Shown here: positions 53,449-62,166 of the stretch, piece after piece
Numbering within the stretch: position 1 is the first letter of the stretch
Layout of the letters: every line of letters starts with the position of its first letter
NCBI GenBank assembly: GCA_965140785.1
Contig: OZ223518.1
Location: 98,479-162,478, forward strand
DNA: 64,000 bases
From: an uncultured Ruficoccus sp.
GTDB taxonomy: Bacteria; Verrucomicrobiota; Verrucomicrobiia; Opitutales; Cerasicoccaceae
Reading direction: 5' to 3'
Translations under genes and position numbers: made by a program
The notes under the pieces: generated by a model
What the model was told of the DNA's origin: nothing
What the model saw: only the letters and a program-made list of their open reading frames with translations
The model's database searches: none

Positions 53449-53649
53449 ATGCCCGTAGAAGTCAGAATCCGCAAAGGCGAGACCATGGAGAAAGCTCTCC
53501 GCCGCCTCAAGAAGAAGCTGGACCGCGAAGGTATCATCCGCGACGTCCGTGCCAACCGCTATTTCGAGAAGCCCTCGGAAGTGAAGCGCCGCAAGAACAA
53601 GGTTTCCGCGTTCAGCAACATGCTGCGCCAGCGCTACGAGAATCAGTAA
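53449..53649 (+). CDS. rpsU: 30S ribosomal protein S21
   Basis: E.MEKALRRLKK...YFEKPSE.KRRK. Confidence 0.95.
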   Translation: MPVEVRIRKGETMEKALRRLKKKLDREGIIRDVRANRYFEKPSEVKRRKNKVSAFSNMLRQRYENQ

Positions 53650-53693
53650 GCCCTTTCTTCACGTTTGACCGGCCCTGTCCGGTTGAGAGTTTG

Positions 53694-53721
53694 AACCCGG
53701 CCCCGTGCGGCCGGGTTTTTT
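53694..53721 (+). terminator. Intrinsic terminator after rpsU
   Basis: AACCCGGCC-6nt-GGCCGGGTT followed by a T-run. Confidence 0.75.
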
Positions 53722-53744
53722 GCGCTCCGGCCGGAGCAGCATTC

Positions 53745-53784
53745 AGGGGCTGTGCCCCTACGCCGCCAGACAGGCGGCTACCCC
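53745..53784 (-). repeat. GTAG double-hairpin REP
   Basis: AGGGGCTGTGCCCCTACGCCGCCAGACAGGCGGCTACCCC. Confidence 0.85.
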
Positions 53785-53954
53785 GGATGCCCTGTAGCTT
53801 CGGTGTTCTCGTACCGGAATCGGGCTTTGCCCGATCGCTCACATTCAATACCAATTGGCCTACAGGTTTTTGCACTCTACCTGGGTGAGACAGGTGAAGC
53901 TCGTTTGAGTTGGCGACAACCGCCGCTATCCATGCCGCCGCGTTGGCGGGAGCA

Positions 53955-55025
53955 TCACAGGTGCAGGACTCTGTCCTGCCGGGTGTGGAGGATTTCCTCA
54001 ACCCAGCGGCGGTGGGGGCCGGAGAGGGTGATCGTGTTCAGGCGCTCAAGCGACACCCAGTGCAGGTGGGGAGAGTCGGGCACGTCGGCGTTGGAGGGGA
54101 GGGCGTAGATGCGCTCCTCGATCAATTCGTTGGCGATGCCGCGCTTCTGGGTCAGAATGAGGGGGGCGGCGTCGTAATCGCAGTTGAGCAGGCGGCCTTC
54201 GGGCAGCTCGTAGAGTCCGGCCAGCCGGGGCGAGTCATCGGGGGTCCGTTGCAGGAGCAGCTTGCCCCTGCGCTCCAGCCAGCAGCGGTTGATCTGCCGG
54301 TAGGTGGTGGTGCGTTTGGCGAAAATCGGCAGCGTTTCGGCCTCGCCGGTGAGGTGGCTGCGGCAGAAGCCCTGCACCGGGCACAGGGGGCACAGGGGGT
54401 TGCCGCGGGTGCAGACGGTGGCCCCGAGCTCCATCATGGCCTGGTTGTGGTCGCCGGGGTCGGCGGCTCCGGCGATGAGCCGGTTGGCGGTGGGGGTGAG
54501 CTTGCGGGCGGCCTGGGAGGCGTCCTTGTAGGCGGTGTGGTCGTCCAGCAGGCGAACGAGGATGCGCACGACATTGCCGTCCACCACGGCTATTTCCTGG
54601 CGGTGGCTGATGCTGGCAATGGCGGCGGCGGTGTAGGGGCCGACGCCCGGCAGGGCCAGCCACTGCTCGGCGGTCTCTGGCTTGGGATCGGCGTCCACGT
54701 AGGCCCGGGCCAGGGCGAGCAGGTTGCGCGCGCGACGGTAGTAGCCGAGGCCTTCCCAAGCCTTGACCACGGTGTCTTCGTCAGCGGCTGCCAAGGCCTC
54801 AAAGTCCGGGAACGTCCGCATCCAGTCGTCAAAGTAGGGCAGCACGGTGTTGACCTGGGTCTGCTGGAGCATGAACTCCGACACCACGGTCCGGTAAAGG
54901 CTCGGCTGCGTGCGCCAAGGCAGCTTGCGATGGTTTTGCTCGTACCAGCGCTCAAGGGTAGTCTGAAACGCCCGGCGGCTGCGGATAACGTCGGGGTTAC
55001 TCACGATGTCTAACGTTCGCCTCAT
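53955..55025 (-). CDS. mutY: A/G-specific adenine glycosylase
   Basis: VSEFMLQQTQV, WEGLGYY.RARNL, LPGVGPYTA, VDGNV and CxxxxPxCxxCPxxxxC Fe-S motif. Confidence 0.95.
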   Translation of the reverse strand: MRRTLDIVSNPDVIRSRRAFQTTLERWYEQNHRKLPWRTQPSLYRTVVSEFMLQQTQVNTVLPYFDDWMRTFPDFEALAAADEDTVVKAWEGLGYYRRARNLLALARAYVDADPKPETAEQWLALPGVGPYTAAAIASISHRQEIAVVDGNVVRILVRLLDDHTAYKDASQAARKLTPTANRLIAGAADPGDHNQAMMELGATVCTRGNPLCPLCPVQGFCRSHLTGEAETLPIFAKRTTTYRQINRCWLERRGKLLLQRTPDDSPRLAGLYELPEGRLLNCDYDAAPLILTQKRGIANELIEERIYALPSNADVPDSPHLHWVSLERLNTITLSGPHRRWVEEILHTRQDRVLHL

Positions 55026-55190
55026 AACGCTACGGGGTCAACGCCACAGGCGATTTTTAATATATTGTCATATGAAGGGTATCCCGGGCGGGACCTGCGA
55101 GGCGGCGCGGGCGGCAGTCAGTGGCAGCCTGGGCTTTTTTTGGGGAAATACATTTGCATCCGGGCCGACATTTGGCGTGCTAATACGCCC

Positions 55191-56158
55191 ATGGCCAAGA
55201 CCGACGACGACGCGCCCAAGAAAAAAACGATGTACACGATCAAGCTGACCGATGAGCAGATGGATCAGGTCAAGGCGTGGTGCGACCGTCACCTGTGGAG
55301 TTTCTACGAGGTCGATTACGCCCGCTTCGCCTTCAAGGGCGACGGGGTCAACCTCGTTGGCTACGCCAGCGGCAAGCTCGTCGTCCAGGGCAAGAAGACC
55401 GAGGACTGGGTGACCTACGTGCTGGAGGCCGAGATCACCCGCGACCCCGAAGCTCGGCTACGACGAGGTGCTCAACCCCGAGTGGTTTGAGACCCACGCC
55501 GGGCTCGACGAAAGCGGCAAGGGCGACCTCTTCGGCCCGCTGGTGTCGGCCTGCGTCATCGCCGACAAGCCCATGATCGAGAAGTGGCGCGAGGCCGGCC
55601 TGCAGGATTCGAAGAAAATCACCTCCGACGCCGCCATCCTGCGCTTGGAGAGGCTTATCCGCGAGACCAAGGGCGTGGTCATCGAGACCACCTGGGCGGG
55701 CATGGCCAAGTACAACCAGCTTTACAAAAAGTTCGGCAACAACCTGAACAAGCTCCTGGCCTGGATGCACTGCAAGTCCGCCGAAAACGCCCTGGCCAAG
55801 CGCCACGTGCCCTGGGGTCTGCTCGACCAGTTCAGCAAGCAACCGCTGGTCCAGCGCCAGCTCAAGGTGCCGGACTTCGAGCTGCGCATGCGGACCAAGG
55901 CCGAGTCCGACCCCGTCGTCGCCGCCGCCTCCGTCATCGCCCGCGCCGAGTATGTGCGCCAGATGCAGAAGCTCTCCGACCAGGCCGGATTTACCCTGGG
56001 CAAGGGGGCCAGCGCCGCGGTCAAAAAAACAGGGCAAGCAACTCGTGGAGAAATTCGGCTCCGAGGCCCTTGGCGACTATGCCAAGCTGCACTTCCGCAC
56101 CGCCTACGAGGTCCTCGGACTGCCCGTGCCGGAGAAGCAGCCCTGGCGCAAATATTAG
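55191..56158 (+). CDS. rnhC: Ribonuclease HIII (two frameshifts)
   Basis: N-terminal TBP-like Y.SGKLVVQGK; GLDESGKGD.FGPL, DSKK, DQF, VAAASVIAR and AKLHF. Confidence 0.93.
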
Positions 56159-56176
56159 CGAAAAGCGCTAATACTT

Positions 56177-56306
56177 AAGTTTGAGAGTTTGAATGTTTGA
56201 GGGTTTGAAAGTTGGTGGAGGAGGGGGAAGTGCTCCTCCAAACACGCGCAGTTGGGACGGCTTTTTTCACGCCTGTGAACTTTCAAACTTTCAAACCCTC
56301 AAACTT
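56177..56306. repeat. Inverted 8-bp-period GTTTGARR arrays between rnhC and rnhB
   Basis: Arms at 56177-56213 and 56278-56306; the same unit occurs as a single arm at 39654-39689. Confidence 0.85.
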
Positions 56307-56329
56307 TGAACTGTTCTTTTTCATCAGTG

Positions 56330-57040
56330 ATGAAAAAGAACCTCCATCTCTGGGATCATGACTGCGCGCTGTTCGGAGCGCACGGGGCGCTGGCGGGGGT
56401 GGATGAGGCCGGGCGCGGCGCGTTGGCCGGGCCGGTGGTGGCGGCGGCTTTTTGCCCGGCGCCCGGATTTTTCGAGGATAAAAAAGTGCGCCAGCTCTGC
56501 GCGGACATCACCGACTCGAAGCTTCTCGCGCCCGCCCAGCGCGAGGACATCCTCCTGCGGCTGGAGGCGTGGCGGGACGAGGGGAGGGTGGCCTTTGCCG
56601 CGGCGGCGGGCGAGGTGGCCGAGATCGAGAGCCTCAACATCCTCGGGGCTACCCGGCTGGCCATGGCGCGGGCACTGGAGGCGATCCCGCACGAGTTGCC
56701 GACGGTCGAGGCCGAGGAGATGGCGCTCTTTGAGCAGGGGGCGGTCCGTGCCCGCCTCCACATCCTCATCGACGGCAAGCCCCTGAAAAAATTTCCCTAC
56801 CTCCACACCGGACTGGTCAAGGGCGACAGCCGCAGCCTGTGCATCGCCGCCGCCTCCATCGTGGCCAAGGTCACGCGGGACCGGCTCATGGTCGAGCTCG
56901 ACCGCAGCTTCCCCGCCTACGGCTTTGCCGGGCACAAGGGCTATGGTACCGCCGTCCACCGCGAAGCCCTCCGTCGCCACGGCCCCAGCCCGCACCACCG
57001 CACACTTTTTCTGCGAAAAGTGCTCGGTGGGGATGCGTAA
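56330..57040 (+). CDS. rnhB: Ribonuclease HII
   Basis: GVDEAGRG.LAGPV, DSK.L, IDG, KGD...IAAASIVAKV.RD and HKGYGT. Confidence 0.96.
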   Translation: MKKNLHLWDHDCALFGAHGALAGVDEAGRGALAGPVVAAAFCPAPGFFEDKKVRQLCADITDSKLLAPAQREDILLRLEAWRDEGRVAFAAAAGEVAEIESLNILGATRLAMARALEAIPHELPTVEAEEMALFEQGAVRARLHILIDGKPLKKFPYLHTGLVKGDSRSLCIAAASIVAKVTRDRLMVELDRSFPAYGFAGHKGYGTAVHREALRRHGPSPHHRTLFLRKVLGGDA

Positions 57041-57287
57041 ATTTTTAAATTCATCAAATAGATCGCTTTAAATAATATCGTAGTCGCCCTCACGTTTCAG
57101 GGTCGAACGGCTTTTGTTTTCAGCCACAGAGCCACAACGGACACAGAGGGTTGAAAGGAAAAATCTTTTGTGTTTTTTGTGCCTCTTTGTGGCTCTAAAC
57201 AGGTGGGCTCAAAAACAGGCGAAGTATTTGCATCGGCCCACGCTAATCCCCCAATTTACGAATCCCTGAATTTACGAATTTACGAAT
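57033..57287. repeat. Nested inverted arrays between rnhB and pdxJ
   Basis: Outer 8-mer ATTCGTAA/TTACGAAT arms (57033-57059, 57253-57287); inner CACAG/A arms (57122-57149, 57166-57194). Confidence 0.7.
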
Positions 57288-57321
57288 CTTTATAAAACCG
57301 GTGGAATGGCTCCCTTTCGCT

Positions 57322-58095
57322 ATGATGCAATCCCCTGACATTCTTCTCGGCGTTAACATCGACCACAGTGCCACCCTACGCCAGGCGCGCTACCGGGACC
57401 ACGCGCTCGATCGTGGCCAGATGGTCGAGCCCGACCCGGTGGACATCGCCCTGCACGCCCAGCGGGCCGGCGCCGACGCCATCACCATGCACCTGCGCGA
57501 AGACCGCCGCCACATGCAGGACAGCGACCTGCGCCTGTTGCGCGAAATGATCCAGGTGCCGCTCAATCTCGAGATGGCCTGCACGGACGAGATGCTCGAG
57601 ATCGCCCTAAAGGCTCGCCCGGACGTGGTGTTGCTCGTGCCCGAGGGGCGCGACGAGGTCACGACCGAGGGCGGGCTCAATGTCTCCGGCAACGCCGCCG
57701 CCATCACCGACGCGGTCAAGCGCCTGGCCGACGCGGGCATCGAGACGAGTCTCTTTATCGATCCGGACGAGCGGCAGATCGAGTCTTCCGCCGCCACCGG
57801 TAGCGCCTATGTTGAGTTGCACACCGGGGCCTACGCCAACGCTTTTTATGAAAGCGCCGAGGAGACCGAAACTGAATTCAAGCGCCTGCGCAAGGCGGCC
57901 CAGCAGGCCCACGACGGCGGGCTCAAGGTCAACGCCGGACACGGCATCAACTACGTAAACATCCGCCGCGTGCGCGCCCTGCCGCACCTGCACGAGATGA
58001 ACATCGGCCACAGCATCATGTGTCGGGCGCTCTTCACCGGCATCGCCGAGGCCGTGCGCGAGATGAAGGCCCTGATGAACGGACAGCTGCGATGA
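57322..58095 (+). CDS. pdxJ: Pyridoxine 5'-phosphate synthase
   Basis: LGVNIDH.ATLRQAR, HLREDRRH, TTEGGL, ELHTG, NAGHG and NIGHSI. Confidence 0.97.
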   Translation: MMQSPDILLGVNIDHSATLRQARYRDHALDRGQMVEPDPVDIALHAQRAGADAITMHLREDRRHMQDSDLRLLREMIQVPLNLEMACTDEMLEIALKARPDVVLLVPEGRDEVTTEGGLNVSGNAAAITDAVKRLADAGIETSLFIDPDERQIESSAATGSAYVELHTGAYANAFYESAEETETEFKRLRKAAQQAHDGGLKVNAGHGINYVNIRRVRALPHLHEMNIGHSIMCRALFTGIAEAVREMKALMNGQLR

Positions 58096-58511
58096 AGATC
58101 GAACTGGAAGAGGGGGGCATTGTTCTGGGGCTCGGCACCGACATGGTCGATGTCGAGCGCATCCGGCGTTCCCACGAGCGGCACGGCGAGCGTTTTCTCA
58201 AGCGTGTGTTTACCGCCGTCGAGCAGGAGTACTGCCTCGCCCAGAGCAACCCGTACCCGCACCTGGCCGCCCGTTTCGCCGCCAAGGAAGCGGTCTCGAA
58301 GGCCTTCTCGACCGGCATCGGGGCGGAGTTCTCGTGGACTTCGCTCAGCGTCGAGCACGGCGAGCGCTCCCAGCCGCTGGCCCGGCTCGATGAGAAGGGC
58401 CGCGCCCTGCTGGAGTCCGTCGGCGGGACCAACGTGCTGCTCTCCCTCTCGCACACCGCCACGATCGGCCACGCCGTCGCCCTGGTCGTGCGTGCCATCG
58501 ACAGGGCGTAG
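58092..58511 (+). CDS. acpS: Holo-ACP synthase
   Basis: GLGTDMV, ARFAAKEAVSKA and LSLSH; ATGA overlap with pdxJ. Confidence 0.95.
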   Translation: MKIELEEGGIVLGLGTDMVDVERIRRSHERHGERFLKRVFTAVEQEYCLAQSNPYPHLAARFAAKEAVSKAFSTGIGAEFSWTSLSVEHGERSQPLARLDEKGRALLESVGGTNVLLSLSHTATIGHAVALVVRAIDRA

Positions 58512-58726
58512 CCCGAGGTCGACAATTCTCAAAATTGCCTCGCCTCGGAGCCCAACATTCAACCTCCCAAAATCCACTTTGGCTGTTCGTTCCGAGGGCA
58601 GCGATAAGCTGCCCTCGCCCATCGCAGAGACGATGCTGTAAGCGTCGGAAGTGCAGGCTATGCCTGCCGCGGGCGCGGGCTGCGTAAGCCCGCAATCAAT
58701 ATGCCGCGAACTTCAAACTCGGGACA

Positions 58727-58895
58727 CTAGGCAGTGTCTTCAAACCTCCGAAAACTTCGTATTCTAATGCCTTTTTCGCCCAAAACACGTTTCCTCAGCT
58801 CGACAAATCTTGATTTGCCTCGCCTCGAAAGCCGTGTTTTTTGGCTGAAAAATTCAAGGCGACTCCTCGTTTCGAGGTTTGAAGACACTGCCTAG
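58727..58895. mobile_element. 169-bp MITE, copy 2
   Basis: Same terminal IRs; differs from 22831-22999 by one substitution and two T-run length changes. Confidence 0.9.
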
Positions 58896-59575
58896 GGGCA
58901 CTGCGTCTTAACCCGGGTTTGGAGTGCGCGCACTTGCTCCAGCAGGTTCTGCGCGCTCTCACTGTCATCCTGGGCCAGTAATTGAGCCGCCTGTTCGAGG
59001 TAGTGGCTCGCCTTCTGCGGGTTGTTGTTTCTGATCTCGCAGTCGCCCGCATAGTAGTAAATGCGTGAATCTGGAATTAACTGGAGGACCGCCTCATACT
59101 GGCGGCAGGTTTCCTCCTTCCCGTCTGTGATTTCAAGCCCGAGGAAGTAGCACAGGTACCCCTCAATCATGCGGGGGAACACCAGGTTGCAGAATGAGGC
59201 AATATCCTTGAGCTGCGGGCCGTCCTGATCCGCCAGCTTCGCATCCATCAGATTGACGATTGCGTCGTGGAGTTCCTTTTTCAGTCCTTCGTCCAGCTCA
59301 GGCTCCGGGCGCTCGGGCATCGCGGTCAGCACTCCGTCCTCCCCAAAGAGCTTCTCCTGCATCTCGGGCGGCAAGGAAGCTTCTGCTTTCAGCAGTTGCA
59401 GTCCCCGCTGGGCTGCTGAGGAATGCTGGCCGTAAATCTGTATGATCTGCGCCCGCATGCGCTCACGCCGGACTTCCAGGCTCTCCGGGGCTTCCGGCGA
59501 TTCGGCAGACAAGGCCAGGTCCTCAGGGCTAGCCTGGCCAATGATGGAAGTAATAACGGATAGCATGTCTTTCAT
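58892..59575 (-). CDS. Helical/TPR protein resembling SycD/LcrH-type chaperones in its C-terminal half
   Basis: YEAVLQLIPDSRIYYYAGDCEIRNNNPQKASHYLEQAAQL TPR pattern; the stop codon is the MITE terminal CTAG. Confidence 0.55.
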   Translation of the reverse strand: MKDMLSVITSIIGQASPEDLALSAESPEAPESLEVRRERMRAQIIQIYGQHSSAAQRGLQLLKAEASLPPEMQEKLFGEDGVLTAMPERPEPELDEGLKKELHDAIVNLMDAKLADQDGPQLKDIASFCNLVFPRMIEGYLCYFLGLEITDGKEETCRQYEAVLQLIPDSRIYYYAGDCEIRNNNPQKASHYLEQAAQLLAQDDSESAQNLLEQVRALQTRVKTQCP

Positions 59576-59596
59576 CAGATAGATAATAATGAGGAC

Positions 59597-60088
59597 TTAA
59601 AAAGTGATGTCATATAGTCCAGTGATGTCACCCACCAACCAAACTATTCCGAGAGTGAATGCGCAGTGAATGACAGAGACAGTGACATCCATTAAGTAAC
59701 TTATTAAAGAGAGAGTGAGCAAAGCCGGATCATAACGCAGTCTGTTATCTGCCGCTTGCCGGCGTTCATGCTCATTTCGATTCTGGGGTGCTCTCGGACC
59801 CGGCTCTTCGTTTTGAGTGGAAGCTGCGGCCGTGTGCTGATGAACCTCTGGCCCAGGTTCTTGCTCTTTCTCCTCTTCTTCTACCTCTTCAATGGTTGGA
59901 AGCCCTAATCTCACATCAGATATATGCCCCCCTAAACTTTGCCGTAATCCTACTTTCCTGACTTGATCTAATACGCTTTGAGGAGGCGGCTCCAGCTTGC
60001 TCGTCTCGGATTTCTGGGGTATTTTCGCCTCTGTATCGGTATTAATATCCGAAGTCTCTCCACTATTCATAGATGGGTTTATATCCAT
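59597..60088 (-). CDS. Hypothetical protein with disordered acidic N-region and ~35-aa hydrophobic C-terminus
   Basis: 163-aa AT-rich ORF ending 21 nt upstream of the TPR gene. Confidence 0.55.
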   Translation of the reverse strand: MDINPSMNSGETSDINTDTEAKIPQKSETSKLEPPPQSVLDQVRKVGLRQSLGGHISDVRLGLPTIEEVEEEEKEQEPGPEVHQHTAAASTQNEEPGPRAPQNRNEHERRQAADNRLRYDPALLTLSLISYLMDVTVSVIHCAFTLGIVWLVGDITGLYDITF

Positions 60089-60616
60089 GGTATCTAATGT
60101 TTTGTGTTGAGGTTAGCTCATGCATAAAACTGCCCGGATCTCGGCGCAAAAAGGGGTCGTACTCTCCCAAAGACATCCAGAGTCTCCTTTTTTACCAAAC
60201 GATAAAAAAACCTCCTGTGCCCGGAGTTGCCTTGCTCAGAATCAAAATCGCTCTCGTCTCGCTCATGGTAGGTTTAGCGAAGTGCCCTATGTTGATACCG
60301 AATCTTGTCATATGAATGGAATGAATATTTTGATAGAGGCCATGTTCGGGCCTGTTCTGGTAAACGCCTAAGTCGTTTTAAATAGGTATTTTATATGAAA
60401 TATAGCTTTTGGCAACTATGAACTATTATTTGTAATATTTCCTGATTACCTCAACGGTTCCGAGAACAAGGGGCCTGACGGCACAGATTGATGAGGTGTT
60501 TTGCAAACACAGCCTAATTTCAACGCGTAGTGGAGTCCGTGAGATTGATCGAAATGAGCGGCTTCGCGTATCTTCGCGTGACTTCGTGGGTAATATTTCA
60601 TAATCATTTCTTCACC

Positions 60617-62161
60617 GTGCCGATCGCCCATCCCATTCTCTCCACCGACGAATCCCTCGAACTCGAGCGCACCCTCCTGCCCAGCCGGGAGCAGCAGTGG
60701 ACGGCCATGAACAGCGCCGGGCGCTCCGTGGGCAAGGCGATCCTGCAGGATTTTGGCGAGCTGAGCGACATGCCCTCGCGTCTGCGGGTGCTCGTGCTCG
60801 CGGGCAAGGGGCACAACGGCGGGGATGCCCTTCTCGCGGGCGACGAGATCCTCAAGCGCCACGGCGGGGCCGAGGTCCATGTCCTCCTGCGGGCGGAGAA
60901 GAAGGACCTGCGCGGCCTGACCCTGCGCTCGCTGGACAATTTGCTGAAAAGCTCGCGCGCCAGCCTCTGCAACGAGTTGACCTACCGTCAGGAGCCTTTC
61001 GACATCGTGATCGACGGCCTGCTCGGGATGCAGTTCCACCCGCCGCTGAAGGAAGACCTCGCCAGCCTGATCCGGGAGATCAACGCCCACCGAAATATCC
61101 GCTTCCGGGCGGCGGTGGACCTGCCCAGTGGCTTGGGGGACGCGGACGCTTTTCAGGCTGACTTTCACCTACGCGACCGGAATCGCCAAGAGCCCGCTCT
61201 TCGCCCCCGAGCATGCGCAGAAGGTGGGGCGTATCCGCTACCTGGACATCGGTTTTTTCCAACTTCCCTACGAAGGGGAACGCTCGTTCCCCGAAGACGT
61301 CCTGCCGGACAATGCCCTGCAAACGCTCGCCGGGCTGCGTCCGCCCGTCTGTGACAAGCGCACCTTCGGCCACCTCTTCGTGTTGAGCGGGTCGCGCTCA
61401 TTCCCGGGGGCGCTGCTGATGAGCGTCAAGGCCGCGCTCAGCGCCGGGGTGGGGCTGCTGACGGCTTTCGTGCCCGAGTCGCTGGCGGCTCAATATGCCG
61501 CCGCCGTGCCCGAGGCCATGTGGGTGCCCTGGCCGGAAACGCCCGGAGGGCGGGCTGGCCCTGGAGGGCTGGCACCTGCTGCGCGCGCGCCTCTCCCGGG
61601 CCGATGCGGTCCTGTGCGGCTCCGGCATCGGCCGCGAGGCTGAGACCCTGCAACTGGTCAAGGACCTCGTCGCCCAGGTCGAGCTGCCGCTCGTGCTCGA
61701 TGCCGATGCGCTCAGCCCGAGGTGGCCCAGGCCGTTGCCAACCGTTCGCCGGGGTGGGCGGGGTGATCCTGACCCCGCACATGGGCGAGTTTATGCGCTT
61801 GGCCGGACGTGAGAGCGCCGAGTATTCGCGGCAGGGCGCTGCTCGAGTTTTCCCGGAAAGCCACCGCGTCACCACGATTTTGAAGGGCCCGCACACGCAC
61901 ATCTGTGATGGCTCCCAGCTCGCGCTCAGCCCACGGGGGGGGCCGGTGCTCGCTCGTGGCGGCAGTGGTGACCTGCTGGCCGGGAATCACCGGCGGGCTC
62001 GTCGCGCAAAATCCGCAGGATACCGTTCGAGTCCGCCTGCCGGGCGGTGGCTCTGGCACGGGGCGGCGGCAGACCGCCTGGCGCGTTTCAAGGGCCAGGT
62101 CTCCGTCCACACCACCGAACTTCTCGACCATCTCGGTCCGGTTCTGCGGGAGCTTGCCTGA
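60617..62161 (+). CDS. nnr: Bifunctional NAD(P)H-hydrate epimerase/dehydratase (frameshifted)
   Basis: GKGHNGGD, IDGLLG, AVDLPSG, K.TFGH, VLDADA, LTPHMGEF, ILKG and LARGGSGDLLAG. Confidence 0.9.
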
Positions 62162-62166
62162 AGGTC

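Noticed and set aside
55191..57040. rnhC-rnhB adjacency (and the lpxC-fabZ fusion at 38.3 kb) as novelties
   Set aside because: Both gene types and the fusion are known in this part of the tree; useful for taxonomy only.
19776..57287. Tandem arrays or REP copies as CRISPR arrays
   Set aside because: Units are 8-10 bp without unique 25-45 bp spacers, or are dispersed single copies; no cas genes are present.
60073..60371. Plus-strand 80-83 aa ORFs in the AT-rich island
   Set aside because: No motif and two overlapping frames; more likely the promoter region of the minus-strand gene pair.
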